DNA of 64,000 nucleotides from an uncultured Candidatus Rokubacteria bacterium (GCA_963789955.1 CAWBMV010000020.1:64001-128000), one strand, 5' to 3'; positions 1-10,072 are shown, counted from the first letter of the stretch. Numbers and translations: made by a program. Notes: generated from the sequence alone by a model not told the origin.

Positions 1-167
1 CCAGTCGGTATGAGTGAATGCTCCCTGCGTCGGGCGCGGCGGATCGCGGTCGCCTCAAGGTAGGGCGTAGGCCAGATGAACCAGGCGAATCCGAGCGCCA
101 GAGCCACGAGCACGGTCTTGGCGAAATGCTGGCGGCCGAGGTCTTCGATCAGGTCGAAGGGGTTCAC
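1..167 (-). CDS. Hypothetical membrane protein, truncated by the window edge (MNPFDLIEDLGRQHFAKTVLVALALGFAWFIWPTPY...)
   Basis: Manual translation. The GTG start overlaps the stop of the upstream ORF (GTGA), and there is one hydrophobic segment. Confidence 0.45.
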   Translation of the reverse strand, partial: MNPFDLIEDLGRQHFAKTVLVALALGFAWFIWPTPYLEATAIRRARRREHSLIPT

Positions 168-317
168 GACCGCGTCTTCCCCTTCCCCCATCGCGCCCGC
201 GCCGCCTTGCGCGCGATCTCACGGCGCTGCTCGGCGGTCAGCTTCTTCGCTCGCGCCTTGCCGCCGAGACGCGCAAGCTGAGCAGCGTACCGGGCAAGTG
301 AGTCGCGCTTAAGCCAT
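164..317 (-). CDS. Small basic protein with GGKARAKKLTAEQRREIARKAARARW motif (KGG-like, mobile-element associated); needs a 1-nt correction near the start
   Basis: Manual translation MA(K)RDSLARYAAQLARLGGKARAKKLTAEQRREIARKAARARWGKGKTRS. As given, ATG GCT TAA stops at once; removing one T restores the frame. Confidence 0.55.
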
Positions 318-491
318 GCGCCGAGAATAAGCGAAAGGTCCCTGCCGGTCGAGCCCGCTGCGCGCTGACCGCCGGCCCTGCGCGAGGTGACCAGGAGCGC
401 GTCGCCGTTCCGCGGGCCGAGGCGTGACGCCGATCTGCTGGGCTGTTCGGGCTGCCCTCAGCGATCATGGAAGATCAGGAGGGTTGAAAGA

Positions 492-722
492 ATGGCATTC
501 GAGATTAGCTGCCCAACCTGTACATCGCTTCGCACCGAGCGCACGATTGCGGGCGCGATGAAGCTCGCCCTCGCCCACGCGCCGCAGCATTCGCCGGTGT
601 ACATAGCCGGCGACGGGGCCAGGTTCACCATCCGCCACGACGGCAAGCCGGCCATCGAGGTGCGGTTCGACGATGCTCTGCCCGACCTGCACCACCTGGC
701 GCGACCGTGGGACGAATCCTGA
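492..722 (+). CDS. Small hypothetical protein with CxxC...HxxxH possible zinc-binding motif
   Basis: AGGAGG upstream of the ATG at 492; CPTC and HAPQH. Confidence 0.5.
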   Translation: MAFEISCPTCTSLRTERTIAGAMKLALAHAPQHSPVYIAGDGARFTIRHDGKPAIEVRFDDALPDLHHLARPWDES

Positions 723-1248
723 GCCGGTGCCGCCGCCAACGCGCACGTCCAGTCGGCCTCGGCCACGATGCGGTCGGGGACCAGACGGAGCTGTTTCTGG
801 AAGCGATCCTCGCTCGTGATGCCGTTAGCGCGCGAGCTCGGTTGCCGCGTAGGTGAATACGCGGAGAAACTCGCGGAGCGAGTAGGCCAGTTGAATCGCG
901 CCGTCGGCCACGCGCCGACTGCACCAGTTGCGCGGCCACCACGGCGTCTCGCCCAGCCAGGCGCTCGCCGGGCACAACGCACCCGGGTTATGGCCGAACA
1001 CCTCGTAGCCGGCGGCCGCGAGCGCGCACGTCGCCTCGGCCTCCAGTAGTAGCGCAGCGACGCGGTCGGGGCACACGCGAAGGTCGACCACCTCGCCCTG
1101 GCCATGCCACCAGGAATAGAACTCGTTGGGCGCGACGGGCAGCGCGTTGCGCGCGGCGTTGCGGTCGTGCTGTTTCATCGGCTTCGGGAAGCGGTCGGCG
1201 CGGGTGATGCCGGCATACGGCGCGCTCGATGGCGGCTGCGACGGCCGA

Positions 1249-1521
1249 CTACCTACGCGAGCGAACTGAAATGGCGTCGCTGGGTGCACTCCTGTTGTAC
1301 GAGAAGCTCTCCGGCTGCGACGTCGGTCTGATGAAGTGACGCTCGCCGCCGGGTCGGTCAGCGGCCCAAGTCGAGTCGCTTGGCGCTCCGCAGCAGGGTC
1401 TCGGCGTGCTCCCGAGACAGCGGGGCAATTTGAGGTCCTCCGATGCGCCCGGCGCGTGCCGGCCGCCCTGCGCGCCGATCTTGGCCAGGTAGGAGCGCAC
1501 TTCGGCCGGGACTTTCGACAT
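1249..1521 (-). CDS. Small hypothetical protein with YLAKIGAQGG (KGG-like) N-terminus
   Basis: ORF track. Motif resemblance only; the 3' part may be frameshifted. Confidence 0.3.
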   Translation of the reverse strand: MSKVPAEVRSYLAKIGAQGGRHAPGASEDLKLPRCLGSTPRPCCGAPSDSTWAADRPGGERHFIRPTSQPESFSYNRSAPSDAISVRSRR

Positions 1522-1686
1522 CCATTAGTTCGAGCGGAGGATAACTCAGCTCGACACGCTGCAGCCGACTCAACGCGGCGTCGCTCGCCGTCCGCGCAAC
1601 AGGCGCAATCCTTCTTGCATAATCGGCGGCACTCCTCGCACTGGGCGAGGCCGGCAGTGAACATCTAACGACGGAGGGAATAGCCA

Positions 1687-2838
1687 ATGGCGCAGGTCAA
1701 CCAGCGGCTGTGGAAGATCCCCGGCCAGCGCACCAAGCGCAAGGCCTGGGGCTTCACGGCCCAGATCAACGGGAAGCAGGTCCGCCGGTACAAGGCCGAG
1801 TGGACCCAGGACGACGCCGAGGCCGAGCTGGCCAAGGCGCTGCTGCAGATCGAGCCCGAGAAACCGAAGGGCCGCCGGCATCACGCTGGCGCAGGCGGCT
1901 GACCGCTACCTGGCCAGCAAGGCGCGGAAGCGCACGATCGAGGCGGATCGGCGCCAGCTCGACCTGCTGAAGGCCGAGTTCGGCGCCGAGACGCCGCTAG
2001 CCGAGATCACGGCCAGCCGGATCAGCGAGTACAAGGCCAAGCGGCTGGCCGCCGTGCGGAAGATCGGTGAGGGCCAGGCTGCAGTCGAGCGGCGGCTGAC
2101 CGCGGCTGCGGTGAATCGCCCGCTGGCGCTGCTCCGGCACCTGCTCCGGCTGGCTCACGAGGAGTGGGGGGAACTGGACGTCGTGCCCGAAGATCCGCAC
2201 TCGAGAAGGAGCCTCAAGGACGGCTGCGCTGGCTAACGCAGGAAGAGGCCACCAAGCTGCTCTCCGTCTGCAAGAAAAGCCGGAATGCCGCACTGGCCGA
2301 TCTCGTCGAGTTCGCTCTGTTCACTGGCGTCCGGCGGGGCGAGGCCCTTGGTCTCACCTGGGACCGGGTCGATCGCGCTCGCGGCGTCATTCGCCTGGAG
2401 CTGACCAAGAGCGGCCGGCGCCGCGAGGTGCCACTCAGCTCAAATGCCGACGCCGTCCTGGCTCGGCGCTGGACGCCCGAGGCTAAAGGCTACGTCTTCG
2501 GGAGCCGGAACTGGAACTCGTTCCGTAGCGCTTGGGAGTCGGCCCTGGTCGTGGCGGGTATCGAGGACCTTCGGTTCCATGACCTGCGCCACACATTCGC
2601 TTCCTGGCTCGTGCAGCGCGGGCGCACCCTGAGGGAGGTGCAGGAGGCGCTGGGCCACCAGACGATCACCATGACGATGCGCTACAGTCACCTCGCGCCG
2701 GATCACCTGCGCGCGGCTGTGGCCGTGCTCGACGATGTGCTTCCTCCACTGCAGCTCGCCGAGTCCACCGAGGTTTCAGCGCAAGCTTCAGCGCAAGAAC
2801 TCGTTCCCGCCGGTGAGGTGTCTCAGAAGTTCTCGTAG
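1687..2838 (+). CDS. int: Tyrosine recombinase/phage integrase (two apparent frameshifts, ~1870 and ~2190)
   Basis: RBS GGAGGG before ATG 1687. Catalytic motifs TGVRRGE (R), LTKSG (K), FHDLRH, LGH, MRYSH (Y). Core-binding domain ITASRISEY...VNRPLALLRHLL lies in another frame. Confidence 0.9.
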
Positions 2839-2842
2839 TTCT

Positions 2843-2918
2843 TGGTGAGCCGTGTGGGACTCGAACCCACGACCCCCTGATTAAAAGTCAGGTGCTCTAC
2901 CGTCTGAGCTAACGGCTC
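2843..2918 (-). tRNA. tRNA-Lys (anticodon UUU)
   Basis: Reverse complement GAGCCGTTAGCTCAGACGGTAGAGCACCTGACTTTTAATCAGGGGGTCGTGGGTTCGAGTCCCACACGGCTCACCA. 76-nt cloverleaf, anticodon stem CCTGA/TCAGG, TTC loop, encoded CCA. Confidence 0.97.
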
Positions 2919-2960
2919 ATCGAGTACGTACGAAGTGCTAGGCGCCGATTCTACCGCTTT

Positions 2961-3720
2961 GTGCCAGTCCCTGGGCCATCACCGATCGCCGCGGGCGCGA
3001 CACCAGAAGGCTGCACGCGGGCATCCGGGCACGTGATCGACGCGCCCGGGAAATGTTGGCAAGAGTTCCTCAAGCCCGGGGGACGTCCTGGGGCTCGTCC
3101 TTCCCTGAGTATGCAGACGTGCCGGCGCGCCATCACCGTCAACGGCACCGCTGGCAGTCCGATCACGATTCGTGCGGCCGACGGCGAGACGCCGATCGTC
3201 ACGCGGCCGCAACCTGCCGACTTCAACTACGACCAGAACAACCTCGAGATCATCCACTCGTCCTTTCTGGTCATCCGAGGCCTGCACTTCAAGGGCGGCG
3301 ACGGCGGAGTGAGCCTCGTCGGAGGCCACCACATCACCTTCGAGGCCAACGAGGTCTACGAGACCGGTAACAACGCGCGCTTCGTTACCGGCGGCAGCGG
3401 ACTCGCGGCGTTCACCAACCCGTCACAGCTCGACTTCTGGCCTCCGCCGACTTCGATCCTGATCGGCAGGGCCGACGCCTCGTTCGCGGCGGCTCTTGAT
3501 TTCAACGAGAGAGTGCCGCATGAGCCCGTTCGACGTCGGCGCATACGAGACCGACGGGCTCGCCACGAACCCGGGGTGGAAAGTCGGCCCGGGCTTCAAG
3601 CAGCGTGGCCCGGCCGACTTCGGTACCGCCCCTGGCGCCCATCCAATCTTCGACTGCAGTAACGCGGGCCGCCCTCGCCGCGTCCTCCGGTCGGGTGGTC
3701 AAGTTGGGTGGTCAGTGGGT
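2961..3720 (+). pseudogene. Remnant of a right-handed beta-helix (pectin-lyase-like) protein with an internal deletion
   Basis: GTAGSPITIRAADGETPIV...LVIRGLHFKGG...HITFEANEVYETGNN jumps directly to a C-terminal-type segment LDFWP...LIGRA...DVGAYE. The frame is broken and there is no clear signal peptide. Confidence 0.55.
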
Positions 3721-3927
3721 TGAGCCAGTGAAGCGCCGGTGCCGAGCCCAGGACCCCGCCTGACGGGTCCAGTCGTACGGTGCGCGGCCGCATGTGATCG
3801 CGAATCGCGGCCGTGAATCGCATTTTCGGTAAGTTGTACATGGCGCGAGAGTGTAGCTTCTACACTTCCAGCGCTCATCGATCGAGATCGGGCCTCGGCG
3901 AGCGCGCACCTGCCGCTATTTATCTGC

Positions 3928-3943
3928 GGGCACACGGCTTGCA
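3928..3943 (+). promoter_or_regulatory. Putative sigma54 (-24/-12) promoter upstream of arc
   Basis: GGGCAC-ACGGC-TTGCA matches TGGCAC-N5-TTGCW with exact GG-N10-GC spacing. Confidence 0.55.
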
Positions 3944-4032
3944 CCCTCGCAGAATCTCAAGGGCACAGCGTTGAACCGACGCACAGAGAGGGCGGGCGAG
4001 GCCATCGGCCCGACGCCCGGAGGTCGCGGACG

Positions 4033-5731
4033 ATGAGATCGAAAGAAGTGTTCTTCGGTACGGACACTGACAGATTCGAGACATCGAAGGGAATCGCGGA
4101 CACGTCGAAGAGCTCGCGTACTTTCGATGCCGATCTGCGTGACGTCGATCGCCGGCTCGCTCAGGCGCACAATCAGAACGAGATCCTGGTCACGGCCCTG
4201 CACGAGGCTCGCGAGCAGATCGCGGCGCTCAAGGAGGAGGTCGACAAGCTCTGTGCTCCGCCCTCGACGTACGGCGTGTATCTCGCCGCCAACGAGGACA
4301 GCACCGTCACCATCCTCTCCCAGGGCCGCAAGGTGAAGGTCAACCTGCATCCCTCGCTCAAGCCCGAGATGCTCAAGCCCGGTCAGGAGCTCATCCTCAA
4401 CGAAGGCCTCAACGTCATCGAAGCCGCCGGCTACGAGATCCAGGGCGAGGTCGTCATCCTCAAGGAACAGCTCGACGCCGAGCGCGCGCTGGTCACGCTC
4501 CGCGCCGACGAAGAAAAGGTCGGCATCATCGCCGAGCCTCTGCGCACCCAGCGCCTCAAGACCGGCGATCATCTCCTGCTCGACGCCAAGAGCGGCTACC
4601 TGCTGGAGAAGCTTCCGAAGAGCGAAGTCGAAGACCTCACGCTCGAGGAAGTGCCCGACATCGGTTACGAAGACATCGGCGGTCTCGGCGATCAGATCGA
4701 GGCCATCAAGGACGCCGTCGAGCTGCCGTACCTCTACGGCGACTACTACAAGGAGCACAAGCTCACGCCCCCCAAGGGCGTGCTCCTCTATGGTCCTCCC
4801 GGCTGCGGCAAGACCATGATCGCCAAAGCCGTCGCCAACAATCTCGCCGAGAAGATCTCCGAGAAGCGCGGCGAGAAGATCAAGGGCTTCTTCCTCAACA
4901 TCAAGGGCCCCGAGCTCCTCAACAAGTACGTCGGCGAGACCGAGCGCAAGATCCGCGAGATCTTCGTCAAGGCCAAGGAAAAGGCCGCCGAGGATGTCCC
5001 CGTCATCGTCTTCTTCGACGAGATGGACGCCCTCTTCCGCACCCGCGGCACCGGCATCTCCTCCGACGTCGAGACCACCATCGTGCCCCAGCTCCTGGCC
5101 GAGATCGACGGCGTCGAAGGGCTCAAGAACGTCATCGTCATCGGCGCCTCCAATCGCCAGGACCTCATCGATCCGGCCATCCTGCGCCCCGGCCGGCTCG
5201 ACGTGAAGATCAAGATCGAGCGCCCCGATCGCGGCGCCGGCCGCCGAGATCTTCGCCAAGTACCTCACCGACCGATATCCCGTTCGCCGAGTCCGAGACT
5301 CGCGGCCGCGACGTCCGCCAGCGCCATCACCGTCGATGATCGCCGCCACCGTCGAGTCGATGTACGCCCTCAGCGAGGAGAACCGCTTCCTGGAAGTCAT
5401 CTACGCCAACGGCGACAAAGAGGTCCTCTACTTCAAGGACTTCTCCTCCGGCGCGATGATCGAGTCGGTCGTGCGCCGGGCCAAGAAGCTCGCGCTCAAG
5501 CGTTACATCGGGCGCGGCGAGAAGGGCATCATGGCCGACGACCTCCTGACGGCCGTCCGCGAAGAGTTCAAGGAGAACGAGGATCTTCCGAACACCACCA
5601 ACCCCGACGACTGGGCGAAGATCGCCGGTAAGAAGGGCGAGCGGATCGTCTCGGTGAAGCCGCTGACCAGCGAGCCGTCGAGCCAGAAGCGAAGCGTCGA
5701 GCAGATCGTGACGACGGGCCAGTACCTGTAG
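4033..5731 (+). CDS. arc: Proteasome-associated AAA+ ATPase ARC/Mpa (frameshifts ~5240 and ~5330)
   Basis: N-terminal coiled coil + PP, OB domains, Walker [27 protein letters not shown], Walker [31 protein letters not shown]-terminal GQYL. Confidence 0.93.
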
Positions 5732-5762
5732 AGTCGCGACCGAGGGGAGTCGCGGCCGCGCC

Positions 5763-6059
5763 CTACGTCCGGGATCTCGGGCGTAGGGCGCCTGCTTCCG
5801 ATGACGGCACCCCGACGACCGCGTACCCCCGCGAGCGCAGCTGACGCTGGATCTCGAGCTGCGCGCGCCGGTCGGCGCCGCGTTGCTCATCCCCCACTCG
5901 GCTCCGACCCGCACGACGCGGCCCGCGCCGCTCCCCGCGGCGCCGGTCGAGAACGATCTGCACCGTGTCGTCGCCGCGGAAGGTCCGCCGCAGCGATTCA
6001 TAGAAATCCGGCCGCTTGCTCCCGACGATGAAGAGGAGCCGCCGGATCGCCTCGGCCAT
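5763..6059 (-). CDS. Small Arg-rich protein, 'FIV...VLDRR..ERR' family, copy 1
   Basis: LLFIVGSKRPDFYESLRRTF...VQIVLDRRRGERR...DRR...LRSRGYAVV; paralogous to 35722-35955 and 49402-49641. Confidence 0.7.
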   Translation of the reverse strand: MAEAIRRLLFIVGSKRPDFYESLRRTFRGDDTVQIVLDRRRGERRGPRRAGRSRVGDEQRGADRRAQLEIQRQLRSRGYAVVGVPSSEAGALRPRSRT

Positions 6060-6063
6060 ATGC

Positions 6064-7398
6064 CTACATCAGGCTCGACCTGACCGACGGGAACCAGCGC
6101 GTCAGCGGCGAGTCCTCGCACAGGATCGTCTCGTCACGCTGGGCGCCGGTCGAGATGAGGCAGAAGCGGGTGCCGATCAGCTCCTCGAGGCGCTCGAGGT
6201 AGCGTCGCGCCTTGGCCGGCAGATCGGCCTCGTTCTTCGCTCCGGCCGTCGGCGCGCGCCAGCCTTCGATTTCCTCGTAGATGGGCTCGGCCGCCGCCAC
6301 GACGGTCTCGTCCTCCGGGAAGTCGGTCAAGGTCTCGCCGCGATGCCGGTAGGCGACGCAGACCTTGACCGTCTCGCACTGGTCGAGGACGTCCAGCTTG
6401 GTCAAGGCCACCGTGTCGAGCCCGTTGATGCGCGTCGCATAGCGGCCGACCACCGCGTCGAACCAGCCGCAGCGCCGCGGCCGGCCGGTCGTGGCGCCGT
6501 ACTCGTGACCGCGCGCCCGGATCGTCTCGGCGATCGCGCCCGTCATCTCGGTCGGGAATGGTCCGCCGCCGACGCGGGTCGTGTACGCCTTGCTCACGCC
6601 GACGACGCCGTGGATCTTCGTCGGCGGCACGCCCGTGCCGGTGGACGCGCCGCCGGCGGTCGTCGAGGACGAGGTGATGTAGGGATAGGTCCCGTGGTCG
6701 ATGTCGAGCATCGTCGCCTGCGCGCCCTCGAACATCACGCTGTAGCCGGCCTCGATCCAGCGTGAGAGCAGGAGCGCGGTGTCGGTGATGTACGGCGCCA
6801 GCCAGCCCGCGTACCGCAGATACTTGTCCAGGATCTCCTCGACCGTGAAGGTCTCCGCGTCGTAGATCTCGCGCAGCAGCCGGTTCTTCTGGGCGACGTT
6901 CAGCTCGAGCTTCTCCCGGAAGAGCCGCTCGTTCAGGAGATCGGCCATGCGGATGCCGACGCGCGCCGCCTTGTCGACGTACGCGGGCCCGACGCCGCGT
7001 CCGGTCGTCCCGATGCGCCGCTTGCCCAGCTTGGCCTCCGAGGCCAGGTCGAGCGCCGGGTGGTAGGGCATGATCAGGTGCGCGTTCTTGGAGATGAAGA
7101 GGTTGCCGTCGAGCTGCACCCCGCGGCGCACGAGCGCCTCCATCTCCTCGATCAGCGACCCGGGATCGACGACCACGCCGCAGCCGATGACGCAGCGACA
7201 GCCCGGATGCAGGATGCCGGACGGGATCGAGTGCAGGACGTACTTCTCCCGCCCCACGACCACCGTGTGGCCCGCGTTGTTGCCGCCGGCGAAGCGCGCG
7301 ACGACGTTCACGTGCGGCGCCAGCATGTCGACGACCTTGCCCTTCCCCTCGTCTCCCCACTGCGTCCCGACGACCACGATGTTAGGCATGGCTTTCAC
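6064..7398 (-). CDS. purA: Adenylosuccinate synthetase
   Basis: GTQWGDEGKGK, GGNNAGHT, GATTGRPRRCGWFD. Confidence 0.97.
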   Translation of the reverse strand: MKAMPNIVVVGTQWGDEGKGKVVDMLAPHVNVVARFAGGNNAGHTVVVGREKYVLHSIPSGILHPGCRCVIGCGVVVDPGSLIEEMEALVRRGVQLDGNLFISKNAHLIMPYHPALDLASEAKLGKRRIGTTGRGVGPAYVDKAARVGIRMADLLNERLFREKLELNVAQKNRLLREIYDAETFTVEEILDKYLRYAGWLAPYITDTALLLSRWIEAGYSVMFEGAQATMLDIDHGTYPYITSSSTTAGGASTGTGVPPTKIHGVVGVSKAYTTRVGGGPFPTEMTGAIAETIRARGHEYGATTGRPRRCGWFDAVVGRYATRINGLDTVALTKLDVLDQCETVKVCVAYRHRGETLTDFPEDETVVAAAEPIYEEIEGWRAPTAGAKNEADLPAKARRYLERLEELIGTRFCLISTGAQRDETILCEDSPLTRWFPSVRSSLM

Positions 7399-8686
7399 CT
7401 CTGAATATGCGCTCTGGATGGTCGAGGATCTCCGCGACCCCCAGCACGCGCTCCGATCCGTCCGCGAGATTCATCGCGACCACCTGCTCCGCCCCGGCGC
7501 GCGGATGGCCGATGACGAGGATCTGACTCACCCGTTGCGCCCGGGCGTACGCCACCGACTCGTCGAGCCCGCGGCTGATGATGTCACGCGCCACCGAGGC
7601 CCCGAGATCGCGGAGCCGTCGCGCCAGCGAGAGCGCCGCGTTCTTTTCGCGCGTGAAGTCGATGATGAAGAAGTCGGGGCCCGGCAGCGGCACCGGCACG
7701 CCCTGCGTCTCCATGACCGACAGCGCGCGCCCCACGTCGAACGCGAATCCGACCGCGGCGCAGTCGTAGCCGAATCGCCCGAGCATGTCGTCGTAGCGCC
7801 CGCCGGCCGCGATCGACGCCCCGAAGCCCGCCACGTACGCCTCGAAGTACGTCCCGGAATAGTAGTCGAAGCCACGCACCTCACCGAGGTCGAGCAGCAC
7901 GCTCTCGGCGAGCCCGTAGATCTTGAGCAGCCGGTACACCTCGGCCAGGTTCGCCAGCGCTCGCGACGACCGCTCGTTGCGCGCGAAGGTCGCGGCGCGC
8001 TCCAGCACCGACTCACGTCCAAAGAGGGTCGGCAGCGCCAGAAGCGCATCGCGAACGTGCGCCGGCGGCGCGAGGTCGGCGACCAGGCGCTCGAGCGTGG
8101 ACCCGTCCTTTCGGGCCAGCGTCAACCGCAGCTCGCGCCCCTGCGCGGCATCGGTCTTGGCCTCGTCGAGGAGTCCGCGGAAGAAGTCGGGATGGCCGAG
8201 ATCGATCTGGAACCGCTCGAGCCCGAGCACGCGCAGCCCCTCGATCGCCATCGCGATGATCTCGACCTCGGCCTCGGGCTGGTCGAGCCCGACCAGCTCG
8301 ACGCCGGCCTGGTAGAACTCGCGGTAGTGCGAGACGCGCGGCTCGTCGTAGCGGAACACGTTCGTCAGGTAGGCGAGCCGGATCGGCTTGGGCTCGTCAC
8401 GCAGGCGCGTCGCGACCACGCGGGCGATCTGGGGCGTGATATCCGGACGCAACGCCAGGGTTCGGCCGGTCTCGCGGTCGACCAGGGTGAACATGTTGCC
8501 CTGCACGTCGACATCCGTGCCGGTCGCGAGCACGTCCGAGAACTCGAACGTCGGCGTGACGATCTCGCGATAGCCCCAGCGGCGGAACACGCCCAGCAGC
8601 GACGCCTCGACGTGCCGCTTGCGCTCCGCCTCGTCCGGCAGGTAGATCCGCGCGCCCTTCGGAAGCTGAGTCTGGCGCGGCTTCAC
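7382..8686 (-). CDS. hisZ: ATP phosphoribosyltransferase regulatory subunit (HisRS-like)
   Basis: LRPDITPQIAR, REFYQAGVELVG, DYYSG, GGRYDDM; adjacent to purA. Confidence 0.9.
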   Translation of the reverse strand: MKPRQTQLPKGARIYLPDEAERKRHVEASLLGVFRRWGYREIVTPTFEFSDVLATGTDVDVQGNMFTLVDRETGRTLALRPDITPQIARVVATRLRDEPKPIRLAYLTNVFRYDEPRVSHYREFYQAGVELVGLDQPEAEVEIIAMAIEGLRVLGLERFQIDLGHPDFFRGLLDEAKTDAAQGRELRLTLARKDGSTLERLVADLAPPAHVRDALLALPTLFGRESVLERAATFARNERSSRALANLAEVYRLLKIYGLAESVLLDLGEVRGFDYYSGTYFEAYVAGFGASIAAGGRYDDMLGRFGYDCAAVGFAFDVGRALSVMETQGVPVPLPGPDFFIIDFTREKNAALSLARRLRDLGASVARDIISRGLDESVAYARAQRVSQILVIGHPRAGAEQVVAMNLADGSERVLGVAEILDHPERIFRGESHA

Positions 8687-9308
8687 GGCGTCACCGCGTC
8701 CAGATGCGCCACGGTGTTCATGCGATGCACGGTGGCCCAGCCCGGCTCGTACTCGATCTCGGTGATCCCGGCCGGCGCCGCGTCGAGTGTCCAGAGCCGG
8801 TCGAGCCCGAGACCGAGCGCGTCGAGCACGATCAAGCGCGCCACGACGCCGTGGCTCACGAGCACGACCGTCTGCGAGTCATGCGCGTGCTTGCAGCGCC
8901 GCGATGCCGGCATTCACCCGCGCCGCCACGCCCGGGATCGTCTCACCGCCGGCCGGCTCGAGCAGGTGCGGCGCCGATCGCCACTGAGCCCACGCGTCGG
9001 GATAGCGCGCCCGCACCTCGTCGCGCGTCAGTCCCTCCCACGACGCCGAAGGACATTTCGCTGAAGGCCGGCACGATGCGGACCGGGAGACCGTGCGGCG
9101 TGGCGATCACCTCGGCCGACGCCCGAGCCCGCTCGAGCGGACTCGCGTACACGGCCGCGACGGCGGTGCCGGACAGCGCACGCGCCACGGCCACGCACTG
9201 GTCGCGTCCCACCGCGGTGAGCGGAATGTCCCGCGAGCCGGCAAACCGCCGCTCCCGGACCCAGTCCGTCTCCCCATGCCGTACTACGAAGATCCTCAGC
9301 CTGCCCAC
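8683..9308 (-). CDS. Histidine phosphatase family protein (possible PspA-type phosphoserine phosphatase), frameshifted
   Basis: RHGETDW, ASPLERA, LVSHG, MNTVAHL spread across two or three frames. Confidence 0.8.
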
Positions 9309-9395
9309 AAGCTCGCCATTCTACGGCCGAAACTCGAGAACCGCACGAACTCCGCAGGGCATATCCAGAGGGCGATCCGGGGGGAGGTGGGCTCG

Positions 9396-10046
9396 TCAGA
9401 GTGCCGCCAGAAGTCTCTCCTCGTTCAGGCGCTCGCCAGGTGTTCGCTCGAGGTGCACCCACCGCACGATTCCGTGAGGATCGATCAGGAATTGCCCGAT
9501 CACGAGCGCCTGGTCTCGCTCCCGGTCTTGCCAGTCGCTCTCGACCGGCTCGAACCCATCGAAGCGCAGAATCGCCTCGCTGGCCTGACCCGGCATGGCC
9601 GGTATCTCCAGCTCACGCGCCATCTGCGCGGCGGCCGTTTCGACCATCTGCGCGACAGCAGGCGTCTTGGCCAGCCGCGGCATTCCGTACGCTCGGTGCG
9701 TCCTCAGATCCGGGTCCGCGGCGACGCGAAAACGTGAGGGATGGAAGCGATAGTACAAGCGTGCGCGGTCGGGCGCAGTAGCCACAACCGCGAGCGTCGC
9801 TACACCGACTTTCTCGAGCCGCTCGGCGCTGAGCGCCAGCTGGCTCATTTGACGGCGACAAAATGGGCAGTACAGACCGCGGAAGAGGGCGAGCAATACC
9901 GCCTGCTTCTCGCGGTAGTCCGTCAGGGAAACGACGCCTTCCCGATCCGCGGCGGGAAGCGTCACATCGGGTGCCCGGTCGCCCGCTCGCAGCCTCGGTG
10001 GTCTCTCGTCCGGCCTACTACCCGATGGCGTGAAGTAAGAGGTCAC
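9396..10046 (-). CDS. AhpC/TSA (peroxiredoxin-like) redoxin
   Basis: LRAGDRAPDVTLP...VSLTDY...LFRGLYCPFCRRQM...FLIDPHGIVRW. Confidence 0.8.
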   Translation of the reverse strand: MTSYFTPSGSRPDERPPRLRAGDRAPDVTLPAADREGVVSLTDYREKQAVLLALFRGLYCPFCRRQMSQLALSAERLEKVGVATLAVVATAPDRARLYYRFHPSRFRVAADPDLRTHRAYGMPRLAKTPAVAQMVETAAAQMARELEIPAMPGQASEAILRFDGFEPVESDWQDRERDQALVIGQFLIDPHGIVRWVHLERTPGERLNEERLLAAL

Positions 10047-10072
10047 GTCCCCGTCAGCCCCCAGTCGTAGCG

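Larger units (their letters stand above)
1..2918. mobile_element. Right end of an integrative element/prophage inserted at tRNA-Lys; extends beyond the left edge
   Basis: Integrase stop lies 4 nt from the tRNA 3' CCA, with a cluster of small unannotatable ORFs upstream. Confidence 0.7.
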
